Origin: a virus
Taxonomy: Duplodnaviria > Caudoviricetes
Length of the DNA: 64,000 nt
Reading direction: 5' to 3' (one strand)
IMG/VR virus record: IMGVR_UViG_3300028833_000058
Shown: positions 9,005 to 16,443 of the stretch, piece after piece
Numbering within the stretch: position 1 is the stretch's first letter
Layout: every line of letters begins with the position of its first letter
Position numbers and translations under genes: made by a program
The notes under the pieces: generated by a model
Told to the model about the DNA's origin: nothing
The model's input: only the letters and a program-made list of their open reading frames with translations
The model's database searches: none

Positions 9005-10591
9005 ATGTCTATATTAACAAAGAAAATTGAGAATGAAGGTTTGGCTGCTAAAGCTCGTTCTCAGAAAATCAATGCAGGTTTAGCTCATGCAGCTACTGTA
9101 TTGCACGAATCCAGCTTAGGTCGTAGATGCCCTAACTTGGTAAAAATGATTGAATCAGAAGACCGTGACGCTCGTTATCAAGCTGCTACTATGGTTCAAT
9201 TAATGGAAAACACAGCTGATTACGTTCTCAATCAAGACCACGTACAGTTATTCACAGAAGCTGACGCTTATGGTAACACTGCTTCTACTTCTGCTGTATC
9301 ATTGTTAAGTCCTGGTGTAGCCAGCTTAACTCCTCGTGTTGTCGACATAGTTAACGTCTTCTACCCAATGATGATTGCAAATTATATTGCGGATATTCAA
9401 GCACTTGACAGACAATCTGGTCAAATTTTCGTAATTAAGACTCGTTACTCTCAAGACCAAGGTGAAGGTGCTACTGAAATTAAAGCTGGTGACATCGTAT
9501 TTGAAAAACCGACTGATGGTAACTACTCTTCTGAAATGATGAGCTGGGAAGCTAAAGAAATCGGTACTGGTACAATCACTTTAGCTGCTCGTTCTGATTT
9601 AGCTGCTGACGCTACTGTTAAAATCCGTGCTGGTTCTTTCATCGTTCGTATTGAAGGTAAAGAAGTTGCTCGTGACTATGGTAACGGTGCTGCTGATACT
9701 GAAGGCAAGAACGATGGTAACTATGGCATCTTCGGTCGTGGCGTTTCTGGTCACATCAATGCTCAAGATGGTTCTGGTGAAATTGTATTCGATACAACAA
9801 TCTTTGCTAGTGCTATTGCAGACGGTGTTAAAGTATCTCTCGAAGCTGCTTATGATACAGAAACTGACGTTGATTTGATTCGTAAGATTCAATTCGATAT
9901 TCCTAACCAACCGATTTTAGCTAAAGAACACCCATTAATGAGTTCTTACTCTGTTGCTGCTGGTTTGGTAATGAACGCTCACTTAGCTATTGATACTGAT
10001 GAATTGATTGCTAACCAATTAGCTGGTACAATTCGTTGGGAAAGAGATTTAACTTTGATTAAATTGTTAAATGACAGTGCTAAGTTAAATACTTCATTAA
10101 CATTCGACTGCTCTGGTAACGGTGAAAACTTAACATTACAACAAAGATATAGCTCTTATTCTACAGTTATCTCTTCAGCTCGTGGTTTAATCCAAGAGGC
10201 TGCTGGTCGTGGTACTGTTGAATGGATGGTTGTAAGTGCTACTCAGGGTCTTCCGATTGTAGAACAAATCGAAGGCTTCAAGGCTGCTCCTGAATCTAAA
10301 AAGCCAATTGGTCCGTACTTAGCTGGTACATTACGTGATGGCACAATCAGTGTTATCGCTGTTCCTTATACAGCTACATTACCTGCTGACCAAGTAATCT
10401 TTGGTTTCAAAGGTTTCCAACTTGGTGATAGTTCTGTAGTTTTGGCTGAGTGGGTTCCGTTGTACTTCACTCCAACCTTCCAAGCTCCGAACTTGAAGAA
10501 CCATCGTGGTGCTTTATCTTTCTACGATTTGTTCTTGAACAAGCCAGAATATATGGTTAAAGGTGCTATTGCTAACTTCAACCAACAGTAA
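9005..10591 (+). CDS. major capsid protein, T4 gp23-like
   Basis: Start at ATG 9005 after AAGGA; YPMMIANYIADIQAL..SGQIF, GPYLAGTL, LAEWVPLY motifs; LFTE/A propeptide-like site; highly biased codon usage; strong terminator. Confidence 0.88.
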   Translation: MSILTKKIENEGLAAKARSQKINAGLAHAATVLHESSLGRRCPNLVKMIESEDRDARYQAATMVQLMENTADYVLNQDHVQLFTEADAYGNTASTSAVSLLSPGVASLTPRVVDIVNVFYPMMIANYIADIQALDRQSGQIFVIKTRYSQDQGEGATEIKAGDIVFEKPTDGNYSSEMMSWEAKEIGTGTITLAARSDLAADATVKIRAGSFIVRIEGKEVARDYGNGAADTEGKNDGNYGIFGRGVSGHINAQDGSGEIVFDTTIFASAIADGVKVSLEAAYDTETDVDLIRKIQFDIPNQPILAKEHPLMSSYSVAAGLVMNAHLAIDTDELIANQLAGTIRWERDLTLIKLLNDSAKLNTSLTFDCSGNGENLTLQQRYSSYSTVISSARGLIQEAAGRGTVEWMVVSATQGLPIVEQIEGFKAAPESKKPIGPYLAGTLRDGTISVIAVPYTATLPADQVIFGFKGFQLGDSSVVLAEWVPLYFTPTFQAPNLKNHRGALSFYDLFLNKPEYMVKGAIANFNQQ

Positions 10592-10622
10592 TCTGAGCTT
10601 TAGAGCTTAAAGTACTAAAAAG

Positions 10623-10657
10623 TATCCCCTGAGTTATTTCTTGGGGGATATTTTTTT
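10623..10657 (+). terminator. intrinsic terminator of capsid gene
   Basis: TATCCCCTGAG/CTTGGGGGATA stem + T7. Confidence 0.85.
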
Positions 10658-10691
10658 GCTTGACATTATTTTTTATTTGTGATAATTATAA

Positions 10692-10829
10692 GCTAACATA
10701 AATGATATGGAAAGAAGATTTGATATAAATCATATATCATGATAGGTCTCCTTTTTTTGAGTTAGTTATGTTATTTGTAGTTTTAGAGGTAGTCCTGTGT
10801 ATGTCTTTATTATACAGGACTATTTTTTT
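10692..10829 (+). ncRNA. putative small RNA 1 with anti-Shine-Dalgarno motif
   Basis: TTGACA 10660 and extended -10 TGTGATAAT (spacer only 15 nt); terminator 10790-10829; internal CATGATAGGTCTCCTT. Confidence 0.55.
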
Positions 10830-10875
10830 ATTCAATATATACGGTAAAACTTCTGAATGTTATCTTAGAGCATAC

Positions 10876-11040
10876 TTTAAGAACGAAGCTTGTGGGTTAA
10901 GCTCGCTCTTAAATATACCCTATTTATATATGAAAGTGAGAGAGAGGTACCAGACTCTCTTGAGCAGCGGACTAAACTGCTACGTAAATGGTCAAACTAA
11001 TATTGTAACTGTGAAAGGGAGTTTTCAGTACCTCTCTGCG
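10876..11040 (+). ncRNA. putative structured RNA (faint HEARO/omegaRNA resemblance)
   Basis: Several stems; AGAGAGGTAC/GTACCTCTCT long-range pair; ACCAGACT..CTACGT. Confidence 0.35.
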
Positions 11041-11089
11041 ATTCTGATGTATATATTAATATATCTTTAAAGTAAAGACATTTTTAAAA

Positions 11090-11137
11090 ATTAATTGTAA
11101 AAAAGTACTTGACAATGATTATTTATATCTGTATAAC
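11090..11137 (+). promoter_or_regulatory. early-class promoter ATTAATTGTAA-N8-TTGACA-N17-TATAAC
   Basis: Same upstream box as the early cassettes; drives a non-coding transcript. Confidence 0.8.
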
Positions 11138-11142
11138 TAAGC

Positions 11143-11236
11143 CCATAGTACATTTGGTTTAGTTGTTATTATAGTTGTTGGTGTTATTGACAGTGATGCT
11201 CATCTGATTTCCCATCCAATCAGATGAGTTTTTTTT
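11143..11236 (+). ncRNA. putative small RNA 2 (G/U-rich)
   Basis: Consensus promoter directly upstream, no ORF, terminator CTCATCTGATT/AATCAGATGAG + T run. Confidence 0.7.
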
Positions 11237-11285
11237 GTCTAAAATTGAAGGATGAAAAGTGTGTATTTCCTATTAATAGAAAACA

Positions 11286-11308
11286 CTAACTAAGTCATTG
11301 ATTTTACG
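11286..11308. repeat. 23-bp element containing IHF consensus, copy 1
   Basis: CTAACTAAGTCATTGATTTTACG; 21/23 identical to 34642-34664. Confidence 0.65.
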
Positions 11309-11379
11309 TAATTCTCAAAATTTTGTGTTTCAATCGTTTTAAGAGCTATTTTTTGTCTAAAATGGTGTTAGATAGGCAT

Positions 11380-11497
11380 AAAAAAGCTCTGATTCCCCAT
11401 TAGGCATAATCAGAGCTTCATTTGATAACTGTTGTAAAAGAAATTGCCCCGTGCGCTGAAACAAACAAGGCAATCGATATACTTAACCAGTATAACA
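11380..11497 (-). ncRNA. putative small RNA 3
   Basis: TTGACA (11531-11526)-N16-TATAAA promoter, two hairpins, terminator AAGCTCTGATT/AATCAGAGCTT + U run. Confidence 0.6.
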
Positions 11498-11561
11498 CGA
11501 ATGTTTATATCATGTTTTTTTCATTTGTCAAGTAGTTTTTCATCAATGGTGCTCATAAAAG

Positions 11562-11618
11562 TAGTTCTATATAACAGATGAATTAACTGCGCTGGTTCAT
11601 CCGAATAGTTCTTATAAG
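11562..11618 (+). promoter_or_regulatory. two putative late promoter motifs
   Basis: TAGTTCTATATAACA and TAGTTCTTATAAG. Confidence 0.6.
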
Positions 11619-11635
11619 CGTGTTTTAAATAAGGA

Positions 11636-12022
11636 ATGATTGTTATGGAAAGAATCGTTAAAGAATGTATCGCTGCTGGTATAGTAGTATCTGAAAAAGA
11701 CGAAGCAGGTAAACTCGTAAAAGAAATTGCTGCTACTGTTTATGAAGAGAAAATTATCAACGATGAATCTGCTTCTAGTTCTGCCGCTGAAGGTAAAAAA
11801 TCTGTTGTATTAAAATACAAAGATATGGCTTATGCAGAAGATATTGTTGCTCCTCTTGGCTTCGATGAAATTGCTGGTGACGCTGAATTAGTAGTTCCTG
11901 GTATCGGTGGCCATAAAGACGTTACATTAGCTGCACCTGTTGTTGTTAAATATTCAAAGACTAAATCTTTTGAACGTAATGGTAACACAGTTGTATTCGC
12001 TTCTTTACGTTATGATATGTAA
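11636..12022 (+). CDS. highly expressed late protein, possible head decoration/structural protein
   Basis: Capsid-like codon bias, late promoters, own terminator; function inferred. Confidence 0.6.
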   Translation: MIVMERIVKECIAAGIVVSEKDEAGKLVKEIAATVYEEKIINDESASSSAAEGKKSVVLKYKDMAYAEDIVAPLGFDEIAGDAELVVPGIGGHKDVTLAAPVVVKYSKTKSFERNGNTVVFASLRYDM

Positions 12023-12057
12023 TTAAACATATCACCCTTACTGTTTATTTAAATTGG

Positions 12058-12088
12058 ATACCCTCAGTCGAAAAACTGAGGGTATTTT
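12058..12088. terminator. terminator between convergent late and early units
   Basis: ATACCCTCAGT/ACTGAGGGTAT 11-bp stem. Confidence 0.8.
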
Positions 12089-12145
12089 GGTGCGAAGGAG
12101 AATATGAAGGAGAACAGAACGTGCTCTAAGGCGATTTAAAGACCC

Positions 12146-12208
12146 TACAGAGCATATCAAATGTTTTAAGCTAGGGGTGTAGCTTAAACAATAAATATAC
12201 GCTCTGTA
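12146..12208. repeat. long imperfect inverted repeat
   Basis: TACAGAGC..TTTAAGCTA-GGGGTG-TAGCTTAAA..GCTCTGTA. Confidence 0.75.
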
Positions 12209-12232
12209 CTATGTGATTTTAGTCCTGTGTGT

Positions 12233-12367
12233 TTAATCAATCCAAACTGGGTTTACTATAGCTCCACACATTCTTTTCTTTATTTCTCTACATGCATCTG
12301 TACAATCACCAAAATATTGGTAAGGTTCAGTAAGAATCGGTCTACCATTTATTTCAACGTACCACAT
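12233..12367 (-). CDS. small hypothetical protein (MWYVEING...)
   Basis: AGGAG RBS before ATG 12367. Confidence 0.65.
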   Translation of the reverse strand: MWYVEINGRPILTEPYQYFGDCTDACREIKKRMCGAIVNPVWID

Positions 12368-12389
12368 TGTTTTAACTCCTTTTATAAAA

Positions 12390-12494
12390 TTATCTCCTTG
12401 TAACATCTTGATAAATAAGTACATCAAGATTTGGTCTTGGTTCAATATGAATACCCATTTGTCTTGGGTCACTAATTCTTCTAACTTTTCTCAT
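12390..12494 (-). CDS. 34-aa peptide MRKVRRISDPRQMGIHIEPRPNLDVLIYQDVTRR
   Basis: AAAGGAGAAAGACAATG start context identical to neighbouring gene. Confidence 0.6.
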   Translation of the reverse strand: MRKVRRISDPRQMGIHIEPRPNLDVLIYQDVTRR

Positions 12495-12506
12495 TGTCTT
12501 TCTCCT

Positions 12507-12728
12507 TTAACTTACGTTACGAGCTACCAAAGTTCTAAAGAGCTCGGTCTTTGATATTCTTTTTATGGCACCAGCTTTAAGAAGTTTTTTCTTTTCAGCT
12601 TCACCAATGTTATAGTTACCTAATACATAACCAGTAGATAATTTATATCCCTTTATAAACGTACCTGCTTTAAAAGGTAAGGTATTCTTTACAGGTTTTT
12701 TAACTTCAAAATACTCATATTTAATCAT
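12507..12728 (-). CDS. hypothetical protein
   Basis: Strong RBS. Confidence 0.75.
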   Translation of the reverse strand: MIKYEYFEVKKPVKNTLPFKAGTFIKGYKLSTGYVLGNYNIGEAEKKKLLKAGAIKRISKTELFRTLVARNVS

Positions 12729-12745
12729 TGTCTTTCTCCTTTCAT

Positions 12746-13078
12746 CTAATATTCCTCGGCCAGCATAACCGTGAGTACCCGATTGGTCTTGCTTGGGTCA
12801 GCTGGGTCTTCTGATGCGTATTCATAGTTTGTGTCATAGTAATCTATTTTAAAGAAGATTCTATTACCTTTGTAGTCGAATGCCCCAAAGTCATGCTGTT
12901 GATAAGGGTCATCACCTGGTTCAAAAGTATTAAACTGGGATACCATCTTCATAACTTCAGTAACATCAGCTGGTGGTAAAGCGTTTATCCCTTGGGTAAC
13001 CAATACTCTTCCACCTCTAAATGTTTTTCTAAAGTCATCGTTTAGCTTTCTTATGGCTTCTGTGTTACTCATCATCAT
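12746..13078 (-). CDS. DUF3768 family protein
   Basis: IRKLNDDFR..DDPYQQHDFG..FFKIDYYD..DPADP..RVLTVMLAEEY. Confidence 0.85.
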   Translation of the reverse strand: MMMSNTEAIRKLNDDFRKTFRGGRVLVTQGINALPPADVTEVMKMVSQFNTFEPGDDPYQQHDFGAFDYKGNRIFFKIDYYDTNYEYASEDPADPSKTNRVLTVMLAEEY

Positions 13079-13084
13079 CTCCTT

Positions 13085-13339
13085 TTAAAGTATCTCTTCT
13101 AACTTATAGAGTTTAACACCTTTTGCTTTCTTGATATATTCAACCGTGAACTCATATTTACTTACGCAGCCGTATGAATTTACTTGATGTGCTGCTATGA
13201 TTACATCTGTAGGTGCAAATTGGTCAAAACAATCTACATCATCTACTAATGCAGCATCGACATCATAAAACTCACCATTGATTCTAATACCAGTGATTTC
13301 GTTTTTATGGTCGATAATCTTTTGTATAATGTTTTGCAT
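13085..13339 (-). CDS. hypothetical protein
   Basis: Strong RBS. Confidence 0.75.
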   Translation of the reverse strand: MQNIIQKIIDHKNEITGIRINGEFYDVDAALVDDVDCFDQFAPTDVIIAAHQVNSYGCVSKYEFTVEYIKKAKGVKLYKLEEIL

Positions 13340-13360
13340 GTCCTTTCTCCTTTGGTAATG

Positions 13361-13702
13361 TTACTCTAATTGTTCACTTACCCATCTTCCATTGAACTCT
13401 ACTGCTTCTGGTTCCTCACCATCTTCACAATCTGGATAGAAGTTAACGTAAGCACATAATCTTACACCCGTTGTATCATCGAACATGATTGTTGTATGAA
13501 TATGTTGATAGTCAATATCAGCTACACCAGAATCTGTTTCAGAGATTACAAAATCATCAAGAACATTAAGGTCATCTTTTAGAGAAGTTAATTTATTTTT
13601 AAACTCTTCTAAATTAGTGACCTTAAACATTCCTACTCTTCTGAGTTCAAATGTCAGTTCGTTAAGTTCTTGTCTAGCTTCTGATTCGTACTGCATCATC
13701 AT
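13361..13702 (-). CDS. hypothetical acidic protein
   Basis: Strong RBS. Confidence 0.75.
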   Translation of the reverse strand: MMMQYESEARQELNELTFELRRVGMFKVTNLEEFKNKLTSLKDDLNVLDDFVISETDSGVADIDYQHIHTTIMFDDTTGVRLCAYVNFYPDCEDGEEPEAVEFNGRWVSEQLE

Positions 13703-13708
13703 TCTCCT

Positions 13709-14320
13709 TTATTCGAATCTATCGTCATCGTAGCCAGCATCTTCAACGAATCTTATATCTTCAAGTTCATATCCAGCAGGAGCTTTATCAGTTACTTCTA
13801 GTAAATCACCTGCCCACATACCAACTGCATAAGAATCAGGATATTCAGTTCCATAATCACCACCGCCACGGCCATTACCAATTGCAGTAAGTAATGATAA
13901 CGGGTGAACAATCCAACCGTTGTTATTACATTTACTCATATAGAGGTCAAAGTCAAGATAACATTTGTGAGTATGGTTGACTAAAAACTTATGTGCATAA
14001 TTAAATTTACCTTTCATCTTCAACGGGGGTAAATCAACTTCGCCTTTTGGATAAATCTTTTTATAATCTATCCAATGAACATTCTTGAAATCTCCTTGTT
14101 CATCTGCATAATCACCACACCAAACCAATCTACCTTTATGGTTATATAATTCTTTTGTCATAGCGTCCATAAACTTATTACCAATCCAAGAATGTTCCAT
14201 AAGCTTTAAGCCGTTATAATCTTTGTAGTTATTGTAATTGTTACGTGAAGTAGAATATTGAGCATCAAAACGTCTAATCTCACCATCTTGTTCTAATGCT
14301 TGTCTGTAATATTGTCCCAT
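13709..14320 (-). CDS. conserved phage hypothetical protein (MGQYY..GLKLMEHSW..GRGGGDY family)
   Basis: Recognisable motifs; start at 14320 after GAAAGGA. Confidence 0.8.
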   Translation of the reverse strand: MGQYYRQALEQDGEIRRFDAQYSTSRNNYNNYKDYNGLKLMEHSWIGNKFMDAMTKELYNHKGRLVWCGDYADEQGDFKNVHWIDYKKIYPKGEVDLPPLKMKGKFNYAHKFLVNHTHKCYLDFDLYMSKCNNNGWIVHPLSLLTAIGNGRGGGDYGTEYPDSYAVGMWAGDLLEVTDKAPAGYELEDIRFVEDAGYDDDRFE

Positions 14321-14362
14321 TGTCTTAATCCTTTCGTTTCTGTTGCTGTTGAATATGTTTAT

Positions 14363-14411
14363 AATATACAAAGATTTCTTAAGAAAGTAAAGTCAGAATT
14401 TTACAATTAAT
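14363..14411 (-). promoter_or_regulatory. early promoter cassette (ATTAATTGTAA box, TTTACT -35)
   Basis: Repeated motif with 17-nt spacer. Confidence 0.75.
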
Positions 14412-14424
14412 TCGTTAAAGGGTC

Positions 14425-14513
14425 AAAAAAGAAATGGTGCCCTAGATAAGTAGCACCAGAGCACCATTTACATTTCAACAGATTACGAATTCATAATAAT
14501 ATGGACGACAATG
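14425..14513 (-). ncRNA. 3' UTR/terminator element antisense to early leaders
   Basis: Contains reverse complements of ATTTCAACAGATT(G)ACGAA and ACGACAATG, then AAATGGTGC/GCACCATTT stem + U run. Confidence 0.5.
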
Positions 14514-14828
14514 TTAAACTTTCTTATTTGAAATCTTTTCTTTATTATCAATTAATTTTTTAAATATGTGTCGCATTAAATCATGGTTCAGTTCTTTGTC
14601 TGTGGCCCAGGACTTAATGTGAGCCTTAATATATTCCTTTTCTTCTACTGTTAAGTCTAAGTTTTCAATCTCCTTTTTCATCATTCCCTGTAGTTTCTCA
14701 GCGTTGGACGTAATGTCCTTCTCATTGATTGCGTCACCAGTCAGTTCAAATAACTCATCGAAGAATTGTTCCGTAACTTTATGATGACTGTTAATATATA
14801 TTTCTTTAAGTTCTTGTTCTGATTTCAT
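14514..14828 (-). CDS. hypothetical protein
   Basis: GAAAGGA RBS before ATG 14828. Confidence 0.7.
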   Translation of the reverse strand: MKSEQELKEIYINSHHKVTEQFFDELFELTGDAINEKDITSNAEKLQGMMKKEIENLDLTVEEKEYIKAHIKSWATDKELNHDLMRHIFKKLIDNKEKISNKKV

Positions 14829-14842
14829 ATCCTTTCCTTCTG

Positions 14843-14917
14843 TTATTTTCTCCATTTCCTGGAACCTCTCTTGATGAGATGGTTCGCTTTTCTTACACTA
14901 ATTAATCTAAATGACAT
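14843..14917 (-). CDS. 24-aa basic peptide MSFRLISVRKANHLIKRGSRKWRK
   Basis: GAAAGGAG RBS, first ORF after promoter cassette. Confidence 0.6.
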   Translation of the reverse strand: MSFRLISVRKANHLIKRGSRKWRK

Positions 14918-14944
14918 TTGTTTCTCCTTTCATATATGTTAAAG

Positions 14945-14991
14945 TTAATAATGTAGTCTCTTAAAAAAGTAAAGTCAAATTAGTACAATTA
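14945..14991 (-). promoter_or_regulatory. early promoter cassette (variant box)
   Basis: ATAATTGTAC..ACTTTACTT. Confidence 0.65.
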
Positions 14992-15588
14992 TCACAACTG
15001 TTCTGATTTAGGCTGCACAATTTCAATGTTATAATATTTCATCAGTGAAAGAAAAGAAGATACAAACGCTTCGTTATTTTCACCAGAGAAATATCTAGGG
15101 TCATAATTCATATATTCAACGAATCTTACAATCCTATCTACTTCAAACGATTTGTCATCAGCATCAGGATGTTCACTGTAATATTTACTTCCTTCTGATT
15201 CAGGGTCATTAAAAATAAATAACTTGCCAGATTCTATTTGGCCGTATCTATTCATTTTAATTTTTAGCAGCATACCACCGTTGTTGTTATCCTGAGTGTC
15301 ATTAATCCACTTCATAACCTTTTCAGGCGTTGCTTTACCTTCAAACGGTACCTCATATTCTTTTCCGTTTAATAGATACCCTTTACTCAATCTTTCAGGA
15401 AATTTAATTCCCTCATCGCAATCACAGAAATAAGTGTTAACAAACATCATTATATCAAGTAACTGCATCTTACCAATTCCCCATTGGTTGTGATATGAAC
15501 CAACGTAAGTCTTCTTGACATCTTTACCAGTGTCATAATCACGTTGTGGTTTAGTTACCTCTATCACTAATTGTGTTCTTTGTCCCAT
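14992..15588 (-). CDS. conserved phage hypothetical protein (MGQR..QWG..DNNNG)
   Basis: RBS and motifs. Confidence 0.78.
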   Translation of the reverse strand: MGQRTQLVIEVTKPQRDYDTGKDVKKTYVGSYHNQWGIGKMQLLDIMMFVNTYFCDCDEGIKFPERLSKGYLLNGKEYEVPFEGKATPEKVMKWINDTQDNNNGGMLLKIKMNRYGQIESGKLFIFNDPESEGSKYYSEHPDADDKSFEVDRIVRFVEYMNYDPRYFSGENNEAFVSSFLSLMKYYNIEIVQPKSEQL

Positions 15589-15590
15589 TG

Positions 15591-16043
15591 TTATTCTCCT
15601 TCAATTATTTTTGTGATATCTGTTTTAACTTTTTTAAGCACATTCACTTTATCTTCAAGCGTAGGTGCTTTGATTATCCAAGATGTTGAACCACTGAACA
15701 CTACGTTGCTATGGTTACTTGAAAGATGTAATACAAGATAATCAGGGTCATTGTGTAACCAAAAATGTAACTTCATACCTCTATCATCACATCTTAAACC
15801 AAGTTCGCTTTCGTGGATGTAAGATTTGTTCTTATCAAAGTAAGCATAAATCTTGCTAAGCTTACTTATGTTACCAGTTTTCAATAAATCAAAACTCATT
15901 GAGCGATGGCGTTTGCAATATGTTTCAAGTTCTTGTGTCTTGTTTTCTTTTTCTTTTTCTAAACTATAAAGCTTAAGTCTTGCTTTTGATTCTTCACGCT
16001 CATACTTTTCAAAACGTGTTAATGGCTTTTTACTCATTGTCAT
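15591..16043 (-). CDS. hypothetical protein
   Basis: RBS within conserved leader. Confidence 0.75.
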   Translation of the reverse strand: MTMSKKPLTRFEKYEREESKARLKLYSLEKEKENKTQELETYCKRHRSMSFDLLKTGNISKLSKIYAYFDKNKSYIHESELGLRCDDRGMKLHFWLHNDPDYLVLHLSSNHSNVVFSGSTSWIIKAPTLEDKVNVLKKVKTDITKIIEGE

Positions 16044-16069
16044 TCTCCTTTCGTCAATCTGTTGAAATT

Positions 16070-16118
16070 ATGATATCAAGAATCCCACTAAAAGTAAAGT
16101 GAGATTCTTACAATTAAT
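16070..16118 (-). promoter_or_regulatory. early promoter cassette
   Basis: ATTAATTGTAA-N9-TTTACT-N17-TATCAT. Confidence 0.8.
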
Positions 16119-16128
16119 TCCTAAGTCA

Positions 16129-16443
16129 TTAAAATGGAATAATAAAATGATTTGTAATTAATTCAATGAGGTCATCTCCAAAGTTGACATCAAACTCATC
16201 ACATTTGAACTCATCATCCATGAGAACACCACCGTCTGAATCTAAAGTACACTCATCAATTTTATTACCATTCAAATCTTTGACTTCAACATGATAAATG
16301 TCTTCCTCGTCATTATCTCTATAACAAAAGACATTGTACGTTATCATTGTTTTAGTGTCATAGATTCTAAATTGAACCTCCTCTAAAGTAACTGTTTCAC
16401 GTTCAATGCTACCACAAGCCATTATCTTTAATCTATCGGACAT
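16129..16443 (-). CDS. hypothetical acidic protein
   Basis: ORF in operon. Confidence 0.7.
   Translation of the reverse strand: MSDRLKIMACGSIERETVTLEEVQFRIYDTKTMITYNVFCYRDNDEEDIYHVEVKDLNGNKIDECTLDSDGGVLMDDEFKCDEFDVNFGDDLIELITNHFIIPF

Noticed and set aside
10768-11070. 100-aa + strand ORF in the track
   Set aside because: No RBS, crosses a terminator, atypical composition; better explained as non-coding RNA
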